64,000 nucleotides of DNA from Octopus sinensis. Lineage: Eukaryota. Below the pieces are notes generated by a model that was not told where the DNA came from, searched no databases, and worked only from the letters and a program-made list of their open reading frames with translations. Every line of letters begins with the position of its first letter. Positions within the stretch are counted from its first letter, which is position 1. Positions 1-13,495 of this stretch are shown piece after piece. The position numbers and the translations under genes are program-made. The stretch is from contig NC_043006.1 in assembly GCF_006345805.1 (NCBI RefSeq), positions 9,982,001 through 10,046,000 on the forward strand, written 5' to 3'.

Positions 1-1391
1 ACACAAAACGATTCTTCTTCAGATAGAATATTATGTTATAAACAGGTTCTCTTATCTTTGCTGATTGAAGACTAGAATAATGTGTTTTCATCTTGATACC
101 ACAAACATCTGATTATTAAAAATATAAATATTTATTTCTAGCTGAAAACAGACATAAAGAGGGACTGAACTCCTCACTGCATATATAGGCTAATTATACT
201 GCTCAAGTATTTTGGCAGCCACTGCACACGAGCTATTAACTATAAAACAAAGCTGGCTAAATGCATACCATCATTCTCAGAGCAAAGTACTTAAAATGGC
301 ACATTAATTGTTCCACGTAGACAATGTTAGCCGTGTCTGAATCTTCCCACTTATTTTCTCTCTTAACTAAAACATGTTGTTGTGTGTAGTTATAGCTGCT
401 TGTTTTGAAGTTATAAAATAAGACATAGAAATGTAATATTTTGATATATTATGTGCGGCTTAATATGAAACAACATATGCGTAGTAATGACCATATATAC
501 TTCAATATATGCGAAAGTCACCGGTCAGTACACTTAAATGAAATAATATAATGCTTATCTTTGCGTTATCAGCAGATATATGCAAGGTATGGTTGTTTTC
601 AAGCGATATTGATGTTTTTCCATCGATTTAAAGTTTTGCTTCGGTTATATTTCTTATAATAAAATTATGCAATAGTTGGAAGATAGAGATGAATTAAATG
701 CTACAGTGATGATAGTGTTATCTCTTTTGAAGAATGATAAGAAAAATAAATTAAAGATACTGAAAAAGTATGAAAATGATGTATAGGAAAAAGTGATTCA
801 TGCAACTTGGTCTGATCATACGACTATTATCCATGGGAAGTTTATAATGATATGGCGAAGAAGTAACTGACAAGAAAAATATGGAGCTACATTGATATAT
901 CTGTTTTGACAGTTGCTGGTAGCATTCCCTTTGAGTTTCGGAATACAGGTTTGATTTTATTGTTTATTTTTAACAGTCAGTGCATTGTATATTGATATAC
1001 AATTCGGAGAGGTCAGTCAACCATGCAGCATCACTGGGTTGGAAAAAACATAGAATGTAACAGCCAATGTTACGTAAAAATATTCCAGAAGATTCCCATG
1101 GCTGTATAAAGATAATCAATTGCTTGAAGCATGCTTGGAAATATATTTCTGACAAAAGATATTCCTTTTTTTTTTATCGGCTGATATTGCTGACAGGTAT
1201 TCATAAATCATGAAGTTATATTTTAACTTTCTTCCGTTTTCTAGGAGAATGCCAATACTGCAAACATGAAAAAATGAACAATATATATATATATATATAA
1301 TGGAAAGGCTCCAGACAAGACGACCTTTATCTCCGATGTGTCATAATACATTGCTAACCTACGGCAAGTAGGTACGCATACATTACGCAGG

Positions 1392-1480
<89 letters not shown>

Positions 1481-1790
1481 ATATGTATATATATATAGAG
1501 AGAGAGAGAGAGAGACAGAGATTTATTATATTGTACATACATGCAAGCACACCCACCCACACATATGTATATATATATATGTGTGTGTGTATGTGTATGT
1601 TAATATGTATGTATATATGTATATAATTGCGTATAGATAGACAGACAGATAAACGGATATACGAATAAAAAGATAGATAGATATAGACATATGTGTGTAT
1701 GTGTGTGCATGTGTATGTGTTTGTTTGTGTGTGTGTCTGTGTCTGTGTGTGTCTGTGTGTGTGTGTCTGTGTCCTGTGTCTGTGTGTGTG

Positions 1791-1821
<31 letters not shown>

Positions 1822-2187
1822 ATCTGTGCGTGTCTGTGTGTGTTCGTGTGTGCTGGATTATAATTTGATTTTCTGACAATATATCTCTTGCTAAAATGTC
1901 CTTAAATTTTTTTTTTTTCCTTAGTTAAGTTGCCGAAATATTTTTACTTTCAAAAAAATATCCTCTAGATATAATGAACTATCAGCGCCAGACGAAGGAT
2001 GCTAATGTTATTATCAGCCGTTTCCCAATATCTATTGATATATAGGTTGAATCGTAAATGTAGCTTTGGCTGAAATAGCTTAAGTGCTGTAAGCAACGAT
2101 GTGGAGGGATCAATAACGGAATATTGTTTAGGGCTGATATTATTACAGCACACATAATACACACACACACACATATATATATATATA

Positions 2188-2219
<32 letters not shown>

Positions 2220-2740
2220 ATATATATATATAATTATATATATATATATATATGCAGATATATACAGACACACACACACGCACACATACATATATATATA
2301 TATGTATATATGTATGTATATATGTATATATACGTATACATATATCTATTGCTGACGTCATTATAGTTTAGATTGTTTTAGAAAATAAAATGATTATTTC
2401 ATTCCTTTTAGGAATGTTGGAACTCGAAGCTAAGCCACTCATATGGGTATAAATGAGTAGTACATATATTTTTGTGTTAGAAATAATAGTACAAAGTGTT
2501 ATGGAGGGTTTTATTAACTAATTAGTGTTGTATAATATAAGTTTTTCAAATATGATTCAAACTATATTGTACATTACTTTGTGTTAGTCTATGAAATTAC
2601 AGCAGGTCAGATCACCATCTCTCAGCAGATTTCGTAAAAATTGAAATACATTGACTGAAAAAATTATATAAAAATAAAAATGTAAATTATTGCATCGTTG
2701 TATGCAATATATATATATTATATATATATATATATTATAT

Positions 2741-3084
<344 letters not shown>

Positions 3085-3149
3085 AGTGTGTGGTGTGTGT
3101 GTGTGTGTGTGTGGTGTGCGTGCGTGCGTGTGTGTGTATATATATATAG

Positions 3150-3230
3150 CCAAGTGGTGCTATTAAATTAGACATGGCCTGGGCCAATACTGGCCAAAGC
3201 CTTTCTAAGTTATTCCTAGTTATATTTAAA
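3150..3230 (+). mobile_element. 3' UTR fragment of CR1-like LINE family B
   Basis: ggtgctattaaattagacatggcc...tttctaagttattcctag matches the 3' ends at 53200-53280 (-) and 9545-9575 (-). Confidence 0.6.
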
Positions 3231-3456
3231 TGTACTACTGGTAAAGGGTGCGTGGCGTTCAATTATTAAATAAAAATGAAAAATACATATTAAGTATAGG
3301 CCATCACCAGCGAGCGAGTAATACATAAGCACACAGCCAGAGACAAGTACGGGACAAAACACCAAAAGAAGTCCTCCTCAGTTGTCGACTGTTTATTAAT
3401 AGCTGTTTCCTGCTTTTAACGACAAGAGAGGAAAACTTTGGATTTTAGAGGGATAG

Positions 3457-3551
<95 letters not shown>

Positions 3552-4050
3552 AAGCAGAGAACAGAGTCACAGAAATTATATTTAAATGTAAAACTTACTG
3601 TTGACAAAGTTTGCGTGGCATTCAGTTAGTAAATAAAAATGAAAAAAAAATATACTAAGTACAAGACATCGCCAATGTGCGAAAAATACGTAAGAGACAA
3701 GTACGGGACAAAACACCAGAAGAGGTATAATCCCTCCTCATTTGGTGACTGTTAATTACTACCTGTTTCGTGCATACAAAGACAGGACAGGATAACTTCA
3801 AAAGACAGCAGCATCTAGAAATGTTTTAAACATGACATTTGTAGAGAGTTAAGGCTTTGAACGAACAAACGAGAGCAGAGTGGACGTATTGAAATGGTCA
3901 TTAAAATCACGAAACAGATAGTAATGAACACTCGACAACTGAGATGGAGTTAGAATTATTTTGGTATTTTGTCCCGCAGCTATGTCTCGTTGTGAGTTTA
4001 TGTATTTTTCGGTCGTTGGTGATGATACGCTGTACTTAATATATACATTT
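3215..4050. repeat. Three diverged copies of a ~200-bp repeat (two direct, one inverted)
   Basis: agacaagtacgggacaaaacacca occurs at ~3341 and ~3694; its reverse complement (tggtattttgtcccgcagctatgtct) lies at ~3962. Confidence 0.65.
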
Positions 4051-4060
4051 CACTTTCATT

Positions 4061-4093
<33 letters not shown>

Positions 4094-5351
4094 ACGGTTA
4101 TTCGTGATTAGAGGTGTTGTTAAACCGAGGTTCTACTGTATATATATATATGTATGTGTGTGTCTGTGTGTGTGTGTGTGTGTGTGTGTACATACATACA
4201 TATATATGTAAATACATACATGCATACTTCCATACATTCCAGAGCAGCGATCTTAAAATAACTTTTGAGACCTTATGGTATTCACTGCATTGAAAGATGT
4301 GCACAGATATATAGCCAGATCAGTTGGATTTCATGGGTCCCAAAATGGGATTTGAGCCAAGCAAAGAATGGCATGGTCTGGCACATATTGGGCATCTCAT
4401 TCTTCCCTCCTGTACACTTCCAGTAATTCCTACAATGGAGTGTATTTCTCCAATCAAGGATGACCTCTGCTCAAAAATACACCTTTTTGGTTATTTGAAA
4501 TAGACTAACACCAACTCTCAGCCTTTTCTCACCCACTCGCTATTTCACCAGAGTTCTTCTGCTGTTCTTTCAGTGGACTTCCAAGGTTGGATTGAAAAAC
4601 TGCTATCGAACTCCAATCAAGTTGTATGCATCAATTCTCTCTTTGAAATCTATATTGCATCTTTCTCAAACATTCCCCACAAACTCTTACGCCGAAATGT
4701 TAACACCTAGAATATCAAATCTCGAGAAATAACTTTGTCAACAAATTTTCAATTATGAAACTGAACAACCACCATATAAATCTGTCCATTTTCAGATCTC
4801 AGGAAAGATCTGAGACACCAGCTGCTTATTGTCATTAGATCATAAATAATGCCATGTACAGGGTTAATGAAGGTAACACCTACATATATAAACTAATACT
4901 TTAATATGACTGGGCTCGATTTTATATCATTGTCGCGTATAGTATGGTTAGATGCTACATCCGTAAATATTTGCTAATAAATTACTGAAAAGGAATCAAT
5001 ATATACAGAAAAGTGACATATTTACTTTGAAGCAGCGAATGCGACTGCCAAGATTTACCAAAGCTGGATTACTAAACGGTAATGGAATAAATGATATTAG
5101 TTTCATAAATAGAGGTATGAGATTAAGACGGATGACAGTAGTGTTTACAATAGCAAGAGTGAATTAATCAGGAACAAATAAATATCGTGAGAATAGGATT
5201 GTAACGCATATGCAACCATCCATCTCCCTATCTATGCGATTATCTATATATCGATCTATGTACCGGTTTATCTTTCTCCGTATATAATTATCTATTTATC
5301 TATTTATCTACAACACCCACATATGCATAAGAATATATATATATATAATAT

Positions 5352-5385
<34 letters not shown>

Positions 5386-5438
5386 CACACAACACACACA
5401 CATATATATATATATACACATATATATATATTATATAT

Positions 5439-5471
<33 letters not shown>

Positions 5472-5498
5472 ACACACACATATATATATATACACACA

Positions 5499-5567
<69 letters not shown>

Positions 5568-5789
5568 GAGGGAATATACCAAATATATACATTTTATTTA
5601 TTATTTTGCACATTACTTAATCATCGTTATATGTTTTACCTTATATTTAATCTTTCTATGATATGTGATTTTTCTAAATGGTATAATTTAATTTTTCATT
5701 ATTGAATTGAGAAAAGGTGTTTTTGTCTAATATATATATATATAACAATGATAGATATCAAAGTGCGTTATATACAGTAGCGGTAACAC

Positions 5790-5971
5790 ATCGTGACGTA
5801 TATTTGCCATTTCAATATGGCTACCCCTAAGGGTGGATGCTACTGTAGTTTTTAGCCCCAGGAGGAAACCTGTCTATGGCCAGCTGGAGGAGTGTGTCCT
5901 CCTGGGGCTAAAAACTACAGTAGCATCCACCCTTAGGGTAGCCATATTGAATGGCAAATATACGTCACGAT
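5790..5971. repeat. Near-perfect ~180-bp hairpin (palindrome), copy 1
   Basis: atcgtgacgtatatttgccat...gccccaggagga / tcctcctggggc...atggcaaatatacgtcacgat with a ~30-nt loop. Confidence 0.9.
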
Positions 5972-6228
5972 ATATATATATATATAGATATATATATATA
6001 TAATATGAGGGAATATACCAAATATATACATTTTATTTATTATTTTGCACATTACTTTTAATCATCGTTATATGTTTTACCTTATATTTAATCTTTCTAT
6101 GATATGTGATTTTTCTAAATGGTATAATTTAATTTTTCATTATTGAATTGAGAAAAGTGTTTTTGTCTAATATATATATATATAACAATGATAGATATCA
6201 AGTGCGTTATATACAGTAGCGGTAAAAC

Positions 6229-6407
6229 ATCGTGACGTATATTTGCCATTTCAATGGCTACCCCTAAGGGTGGATGCTACTGTAGATTTTAGCCCCATGA
6301 GGAAACCTGTCTATGGCCAGCTGGAGAGTGTGTCCTCCTGGGGCTAAAACTACAGTAGCATCCACCCTTAGGGTAGCCATATTGAAATGGCAAATATACG
6401 TCACGAT
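6229..6407. repeat. Near-perfect ~180-bp hairpin (palindrome), copy 2
   Basis: Same arms and loop as 5790-5971. Confidence 0.9.
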
Positions 6408-6409
6408 AT

Positions 6410-6451
<42 letters not shown>

Positions 6452-6453
<2 letters not shown>

Positions 6454-9450
6454 CCTGAGAGACTTTTAGTTCTGAGAGACTTTGTTGCATGCAATCAAGC
6501 TTATGCATAGCACTTACGGAAACACACCTGAAACCGGACATAACGGATGCGGAAGTACACATACCACATTATGTTGTACTACGGACCGACAGAAAAGAAA
6601 GGAGTCATGGAGGAGTTGCTATGTACATCTGTGAGGACCTCACACCCCAGGTCCTTTTGTCATACTCAAACTCGGTGTGTCACACACTAATTGTACATGT
6701 AAGGCAACTTGGTGTAGTTGTGTGTGCTACATATCGCCCTCCAGATGCCTCGAGCCATATGGGCAAGTTTGAAGACTGCCTTATAAAAATAGAAGAAGTT
6801 CTAGTCACACTAGAACAGCACATAAGTGTACTTCTCATGGGAGACTTCAACCTGTCCAATGTCAGATGGCCCGAGGGCCTTTCTCTCCCAGGAATGACAC
6901 GATGTGAACGGGGACAGGCGAGGTCCCTCCTGAACCTCATCAACACCCTGTACATGGAGCAAGTAATACTCCAACCAACCAGGGCAGGTAACACACTGGA
7001 TCTCTGCTTCACAAATAATATGGATCTCATCCATAATGTGAAAGTGACACCGACACTACTCTCGGATCACAACATGGTAGAGCTGACCATGTACGGCCAA
7101 AGGAAAGCATGGATATGCAGCCTACAAGAAACTCTCAGAATCTTTCCAGCTTGAACTTCAATAAGGCAAACTGGAAACAAATTGAGAAAGAGATCCTCAA
7201 ACAAAACTGGCCTGAATGTCTCTCCTCGCCGGACATCGACATGAAACTGCAACAATTCATGTCTGTAATGCAAGCCATATGCTACAAATGTGTCCCAGAG
7301 AGAAAGGCCACTATACACAAGAACAAAATCCCCAGAGAGAGGAAAATTTTAATGAGACGGCGCACAAAAATCTCAAATCGCCTAAACAAACAAATAGAAA
7401 GCAGTGAAAAGTCCCGCCTGAAAATGAAACTGTTGGAAATTGAAAACTGTCTGCAACTCTCCCGTGAAAAGGAAAAAGCAGACAAAGAAGCCTGGACTAT
7501 AGACAACATAAAATCTAACCCCAGAGCTTTCTACAGGTATGCCAAAGAAACAGCTACGGTGCACTGTAGGATAGGGCCACTCCTTGAAAGGGATGGCACA
7601 CTCACAGGAAATCCAATGCGGGTAAGTGAAATACTAAATGAGCAATTCAAGAGTGTTTTCACCCCACCCCTTGGGCATTTCCAAATCAGCAATCCAACTG
7701 ACTTCTTCACCACTGCAGATATGGGGTCAGAGGCGGCGATGATTGATTACATCAATATAAAGGAAGACGATGTAATAAAGGCTATAGATGAGATGGAAAC
7801 AAACTCAGCTACTGGCCCCGATGGATTCCCAGCAATCCTTCTAAAAGTATGTAAGAGGGTCCTAGCAAGGCCACTGCGGTCTCTCTTTCAGAGCTTCCTT
7901 GCAACTGGCAAACTTCCAAGTAAACTGAAGGAAGGTAAAATATGCCCTATTCATAAAGGGGGGTAGCAGAGCGGAGGCCAGAACTACAGACCTATCTCCC
8001 TAACCTCACACATCAGCAAGGTCATGGAACGAATAGTCATAAGGAAACTAATCACCTTCCTTGAAGAAAATGACTTGCTGCCTGACACCCAACATGGTTT
8101 CCGACCAGGAAGAAGCTGCTTAACTCAGCTCCTACAACACTATGACTGGGTGCTGAAACAACTGCTCAACACTCAAATGTGGAAGTCATATATCTCGACT
8201 TTGCAAAGGCCTTGATAAAGTCGATCATGGAATGATATGTCACAAACTGCGTGATCTTGGCATAGTTGGAAAATGGGGAGAATGGCTTCATGACTTTCTG
8301 AAGAATAGAAGTCAGGTGGTAGCAGCCAATGGGGCCACTTCCATTAACACGCAAATAATGAGTGGTGTTCCGCAGGGCACTGTTTTGGGACCACTACTGT
8401 TCATAATGGCCCTCTCAGACATGCCCTCAGCCACGCAGAGAGCCACGATCACAAGTTATGCAGATTATACAAAAGTCTCACAGGCAATACAGAACCCTGA
8501 AGACACTAAGCACCTGCAATGTGAGCTGGACGAAATATACAAGTGGGCTGAAAAGAATAGCATGCAGTTCAATGCTGAAAAGTTTCAAGCTTTATACTAT
8601 CAGCATGCAAAACTGAATGCAATACCCAATGAATACACTGGACCGGAGGGATTGCAATCCCAGAGGCACAATCAGTGCGTGACTTGGGTATTCACATGAG
8701 TGATGACGCGACCTTTCATGTACATGTTGCTAAACTGGCAATGAATGTGTAGACGGCTGGCTGGCTGGATTCTTAGAACCTTTAGAACAAGAGAACAAGA
8801 AACCATGATGGTCCTCTGGAAGACACTTGTCCTAAGCCACTTTGACTATTGCTCTCAGCTATGGTCACCATCCAGTGTCAAGTTGATCGCAGAACTTGAG
8901 GCGATCCAACGAAGCTACACGAAGAAGATAGCCTCTGTGCAGCATGTGATCTACTGGGAAAGACTCAAGAGATTAAAGCTATATTCCCTGGAGCGTAGGC
9001 GAGAAAGATATGCCATAATATATATCTGGAAGATCCTGGAAGGACTTGTCCCAAACTTTGGCATCGAGAGTCACACAAATGTCAGAACCGGGCGCCACTG
9101 CGTAGTACTAAGGACTCCAAATTTGCCATCAAGATGTAGGACAAGATATTGTGATAGCCTGGGCTTCAGAGGCCCACAGCTCTTCAATATCCTCCCAAAG
9201 AACCTGAGGGACCTGCATGGTGTAGATGCGGATGTCTTTAAAGTAGGATTGGACCTCTTCCTGTCAGGTGTCCCAGATGAACCAACGACACGGCAGGAGG
9301 TGCAGATGAGGGCAGCTGCATCGAACTCTCTCATGCATCAGATGGCGTTTGCTAAAAAGCAACCGTGAGGTAAAATCGTGTAGCAAACCAAATGGCGGTG
9401 CCCCAGCATGGCCACAGCTCATTAGCTGAAACTGGAAAAATCAAAATCAA
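6452..9450 (+). mobile_element. CR1-like non-LTR retrotransposon (family A), 5'-truncated, ORF2 plus 3' UTR
   Basis: APE and RT motifs across consecutive ORFs; 3' UTR ends in a stem-loop and (AAATC)-like repeats; flanked by (TA)n on both sides. Confidence 0.93.
6489..9368 (+). pseudogene. LINE ORF2 (APE endonuclease plus reverse transcriptase), frameshifted
   Basis: APE: IALTETHL, GGVAMY, MGDFNL, TLDLCFTN, SDHNMV. RT: GPDGFP, PIHKGG, NYRPISLTS, QHGFRPGRSC, YLDFAKA, GVPQGTVLGPLLF, YADY (for YADD). C-terminal SLERRRER. Split over ORFs 6489-7154, 7109-7966, 8024-8215, 8232-8699, 8745-9368. Confidence 0.93.
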
Positions 9451-9453
9451 TTC

Positions 9454-9486
<33 letters not shown>

Positions 9487-9544
9487 GTGTGTGTGTGTGT
9501 ATGTATGTATATATATGTATATGTATATATATATTTATTTATTT

Positions 9545-10310
9545 ACAACTTAGAATAACTTAGAAAGGTTTTGGCCACTATTGGCGCAGGCGAAGTCTTT
9601 CAATTCAGGATTGGGTACCAAGGCCCTTTCGAGCAAAGAGTTATTGTTTGCGGAGACATATCCGGGTGTGGGTGGTTTGTCCGGGACTGTTTGAAGTAAT
9701 TTGTCCAAAGACTTCTTGAATTTTGTGTGGTCAGTTTCTATTTTGACCTGTTCTGGTGTAATGTTGAAGAGAGCGGGTCCAATTGAAGTGAAATAACTCT
9801 GCAGTATTGTTGTTATGAGATGCGATTTAGATTTTTGTTTTTGACGGATGACACGGGGTCCAAGCCTTGGATGTATTTTGAATGTGATGCCAACATCATT
9901 TGGACAGTGCTGATGAAATATTTTCCACATCATACAGATAATGTAGCGTTCACGGCGTCGCTGGAGTAAATACAGTTTCAGCTTTTCTAGTCGGCCCCAG
10001 TAGTCGGGGTCTGACATGCCATATATCTTTTTCGTGATTGACCTTTGGGGAGCTTCAATTTTCATAATATTCTGTTTTGTTTAGGGAGACCACAGTGGAC
10101 AGCAGTATTCAAGGTGGTGTCGGGCAAAAGTGGAGAAGAGAAGGATAATGCTGTGGGAATCTCTCGACTTAAAGGTTCTGAGAATCAAGGAACACATTCT
10201 GTGGGCCACGTCAACTTTGCTGCTTATATGTGTAGTCCAGCTTATGTTGTTGCCCACAGTTAAACCCAAGTCTTTGATGATGTTAGATGCCATGAGAATT
10301 TCACCAGAAG
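9545..10310 (-). mobile_element. CR1-like LINE family B, 3' fragment
   Basis: ORFs 10081-10293 (LRTFKSRD...HLEYCCPLWSP) and 9550-10065 (LYLLQRRRERY...PDKPPTPGY); 3' tctaagtt tandem repeat. Confidence 0.88.
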
Positions 10311-10484
10311 ATTGGTTTGCGTATGTGTGTACATATATATATATATATATGAATATATCCCCTTAACACACACATATATATTGATATGCATATGCATATT
10401 ATGTATGTGTGCATATATATATATATATACATACATATACATATGCATGTATGTGTGTGTTGGAGAGTGACAATGTTTACTACT

Positions 10485-10682
10485 GGACGTTAACCTGCGA
10501 ATTGTCGGGAAAATTCACGCAGTATAGTGTTTGGTGTTGGTATTTTAGTTACAATAATTAGTTGGAAATACTGCATGGTGACGATGATATCGACCGCGTG
10601 ACGAACAGGAAATCGACCGCGAGGTGGAAAATAAGTCGGTAGTGTGGTGTAGAGAGTAGGAAAAGTGGGTAGATATGAGGGT
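10485..10682 (-). repeat. Left arm of diverged inverted repeat pair (partner 12388-12600)
   Basis: Reverse complement aligns by eye with 12388-12600 (catatctacc..., cgcggtcgatttcct, ccagtagtaa). Confidence 0.7.
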
Positions 10683-10793
10683 ATATATGTATATATGTAC
10701 ATTATATGCCCACGTATCTGCGTGTATCTAACCGAGTGTGTACTTATAGGAGTGTGTATGTGTGATAATATGTACATTTACACATTTTGCGCG

Positions 10794-10835
<42 letters not shown>

Positions 10836-11379
10836 CCACATTCACACACGCATGCGCGTGCAGACATGTACACACACACATACACACACGAACATACGAA
10901 CACACGAACACACAAACGCACACACTTTTACCTCAATTGTACGTATACACATGAAAACACACACACGCGCGCACACACAAGTGTATAAGGATGCATACAT
11001 GGACCCTAACAGATGCACATACATGTGGGCTCGAACGCGCGCAGATGTGCCCCCTCGATCTCATGTACGCCTCCTAACACATCCACGCCCGCGAACACAT
11101 GTACGACCACAAACAGTACGCTCGCGCACACAAATCAGTGCATACGGTGAGCGGATACTTATGCGCAGCGACGCACATACACGCGTGTACACATACTCGT
11201 GCTATCATCCACAGCGGTTGACGTACAATGGGTGAGAGTATGTGGGTAGACAGGCATGAAGAAGTGTTGGCGATTGGTACCTTGCGATAATGTTCATGGG
11301 ATTGATTTGTGACGATGAACTTGGTGCAGGCGGTGCTAGGTGTCGCTCGTACTAAGGCGATTTATTCAGGATGTCGGCG

Positions 11380-11860
11380 CCTAGTGGTTTGAAATTTACC
11401 AGAAGGGTGTACTTCTAGTAACAGTAATACAATACCTCATATTTCTTCTTGATAGTTGCTGCAGGCTGGTAGATGATTTGCGGAGGCACAGTTGGCAGCT
11501 AAGTGTGAATATGGTGGCGCTCTCTCGATAATAGTCCACTCGATGCAGACTATTTCGTCTAAGAGATAACGACGTCTCCAGAGAAAGCGCGACTGTATCT
11601 AAATGAATGCAAGTGATGTGAATATCTTTCCTTGAAGTCATTGACTGTCTTGCCCGCATAGAACCTGGAAATGACATCGGATGGTGTAATGTTGGATCTG
11701 TATAGTACATCCCTTAAGAGGCACGATCCTCCTAGAGGACAGGTTGTAGGGTTTCCGCAGTTGTATGTTGGGGCTGGAGGTTGTGTAGGTGCGTTTTTAT
11801 GTCTGTTGATGCGTTCGATGTTAGATGAGATGTAGCCTAAGCAGAAATAGCTTACCTTGA
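11380..11860 (-). pseudogene. Penelope-like element GIY-YIG endonuclease remnant (second lineage, CNC..CPL.G.C type)
   Basis: Minus-strand frame not in ORF track reads YNCGNPTTCPLGGSCLLRDVLYRSNI...FYAGKTVNDFKERYSHHLHSF, then EWTIIERA and CQLCLRK across frameshifts. Confidence 0.8.
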
Positions 11861-12317
11861 CATTATGGCCTCTGGGGAAATGTCTGCGCGCTCATGTGCG
11901 TGATGGAAATATGCATTTACTCACCATATGCATGCACATGGATGTATATGCGTGGGCTTTGGTATTTGGTCGGGTGTACATGTACACACGTGCGCACCCA
12001 TATACATGTGCAACCCTCTGTTTTCATGTATATTACACGTGCACACTTGTGCGTGTGCTCGTGTGCATTTCTACATGATACAAAGGTGTGCACGTGTTTA
12101 TGTGCCTGTGTTTCTGTATATGCGTGCGTGTGTGTGTGCGTGCGTGTGTGTGTGCGTGCGTGTCTGCATGTGTTTGTCTTTGTGTGTGTCTGCATCTGTG
12201 TGTGTGTATGCGAGCTCGAGGATGTATGAATGTACATCTAAGCACATATATACACTCGTATAAGTAAGGATGCATGCATGCATATATCTTGGCATTTATA
12301 TATATATATATATATAC

Positions 12318-12361
<44 letters not shown>

Positions 12362-12387
12362 TATATATAATATATATATATATATAT

Positions 12388-12600
12388 TCCCCATATCTAC
12401 CGCCTTCCTACTTCTCCCCACCCTCACGACTGATTTGTTATTCACCACGCGGTCGATTTCCTCTTCACCACGCAGTCTATTTCTTGTTCATCATGTGGCA
12501 TTTTCCACTAACTGTTGTCGCCGAATTGCCAACATCAAACTTCTATATCGCGTGACATTTCTCAACCAATCACAGGCTAACGCCCAGTAGTAATCATGGA
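12388..12600 (+). repeat. Right arm of diverged inverted repeat pair (partner 10485-10682)
   Basis: See left arm. Confidence 0.7.
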
Positions 12601-12689
12601 ATCACTTCAATGAAACTCTCATTCATAGTCCAATAGCTGAACGCTAGCGTCCCAAGGAATCTAAATCAATCTGTTTTGATCTATATATG

Positions 12690-12745
<56 letters not shown>

Positions 12746-13495
12746 GTGTGTGTGTGTGTGTGTGTGTGGTGTGTGTGTGTGTGTGTGGTGTGTGTGTGTG
12801 TGTGTGTGTGAAGATTAGAATGCAATGGAGAAAACAGCTTTTCAGATGAATATTTTCACGTGTGAAAAGTACGAGAAAATAAGGAATTCTTAAATTTGGA
12901 ATTTCTGTCATATATATGACAAATAACAGTAAACAAATTATGGAGAAAAAGGCTAATTATAGCAAACAAAAACAGAACTAACGATTTGCTTCTTATAAAA
13001 GCGTATTTTAGCTAGAGGGTAATAATAATTAAACCTAATAAATCTAATAGTAATTAATATAATTGAATGATACGTTATTATACTGACATATCTGATGAAC
13101 ATTTCAAACAGTAAATATTCATTACTTAACTAACCAAATGTGTTGAACCGAGTCCAGGAAAGAATGTGAAAAGTCCAACAATCTAATAGGTAATTACATG
13201 TACAATGTAATTAAGAGCGTAGATAAACGTAAAACATTTTAAAATCAAGCAGTTATCTAACATTAATTAAGTTCAGGAAGCTATAATAATATTTATATTG
13301 TATAACTTACACTTGGCTATTATGTAATTGAAAAGATTAATGACGGCAGAGATATATATGTTGAAACATAGGTTATTATAGCTTTTAAAGATTTGTATAC
13401 GTACATAACAGTTAAAAGGATCAGAAGACGTGTAGAAGATTGTATAAGAGGAAAAAATACTACCAATATCACTACAATTATTAAAATTTTATAAA

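Larger units (their letters stand above)
5561..6430. repeat. Tandem duplication, ~440-bp unit
   Basis: taatatgagggaatataccaaat begins at 5562 and 6001; the units differ mostly by 1-2 nt indels. Confidence 0.9.

Noticed and set aside
970-1155. ORF with RNIGCYILCFFQPS, reminiscent of Cys-loop receptor pre-M1
   Set aside because: No M1 helix follows, a stop comes soon after, and there is no supporting exon structure
13092-13115. CTGATGAA...AAAC hammerhead-like string
   Set aside because: Lacks G12 and has no convincing stem II or III
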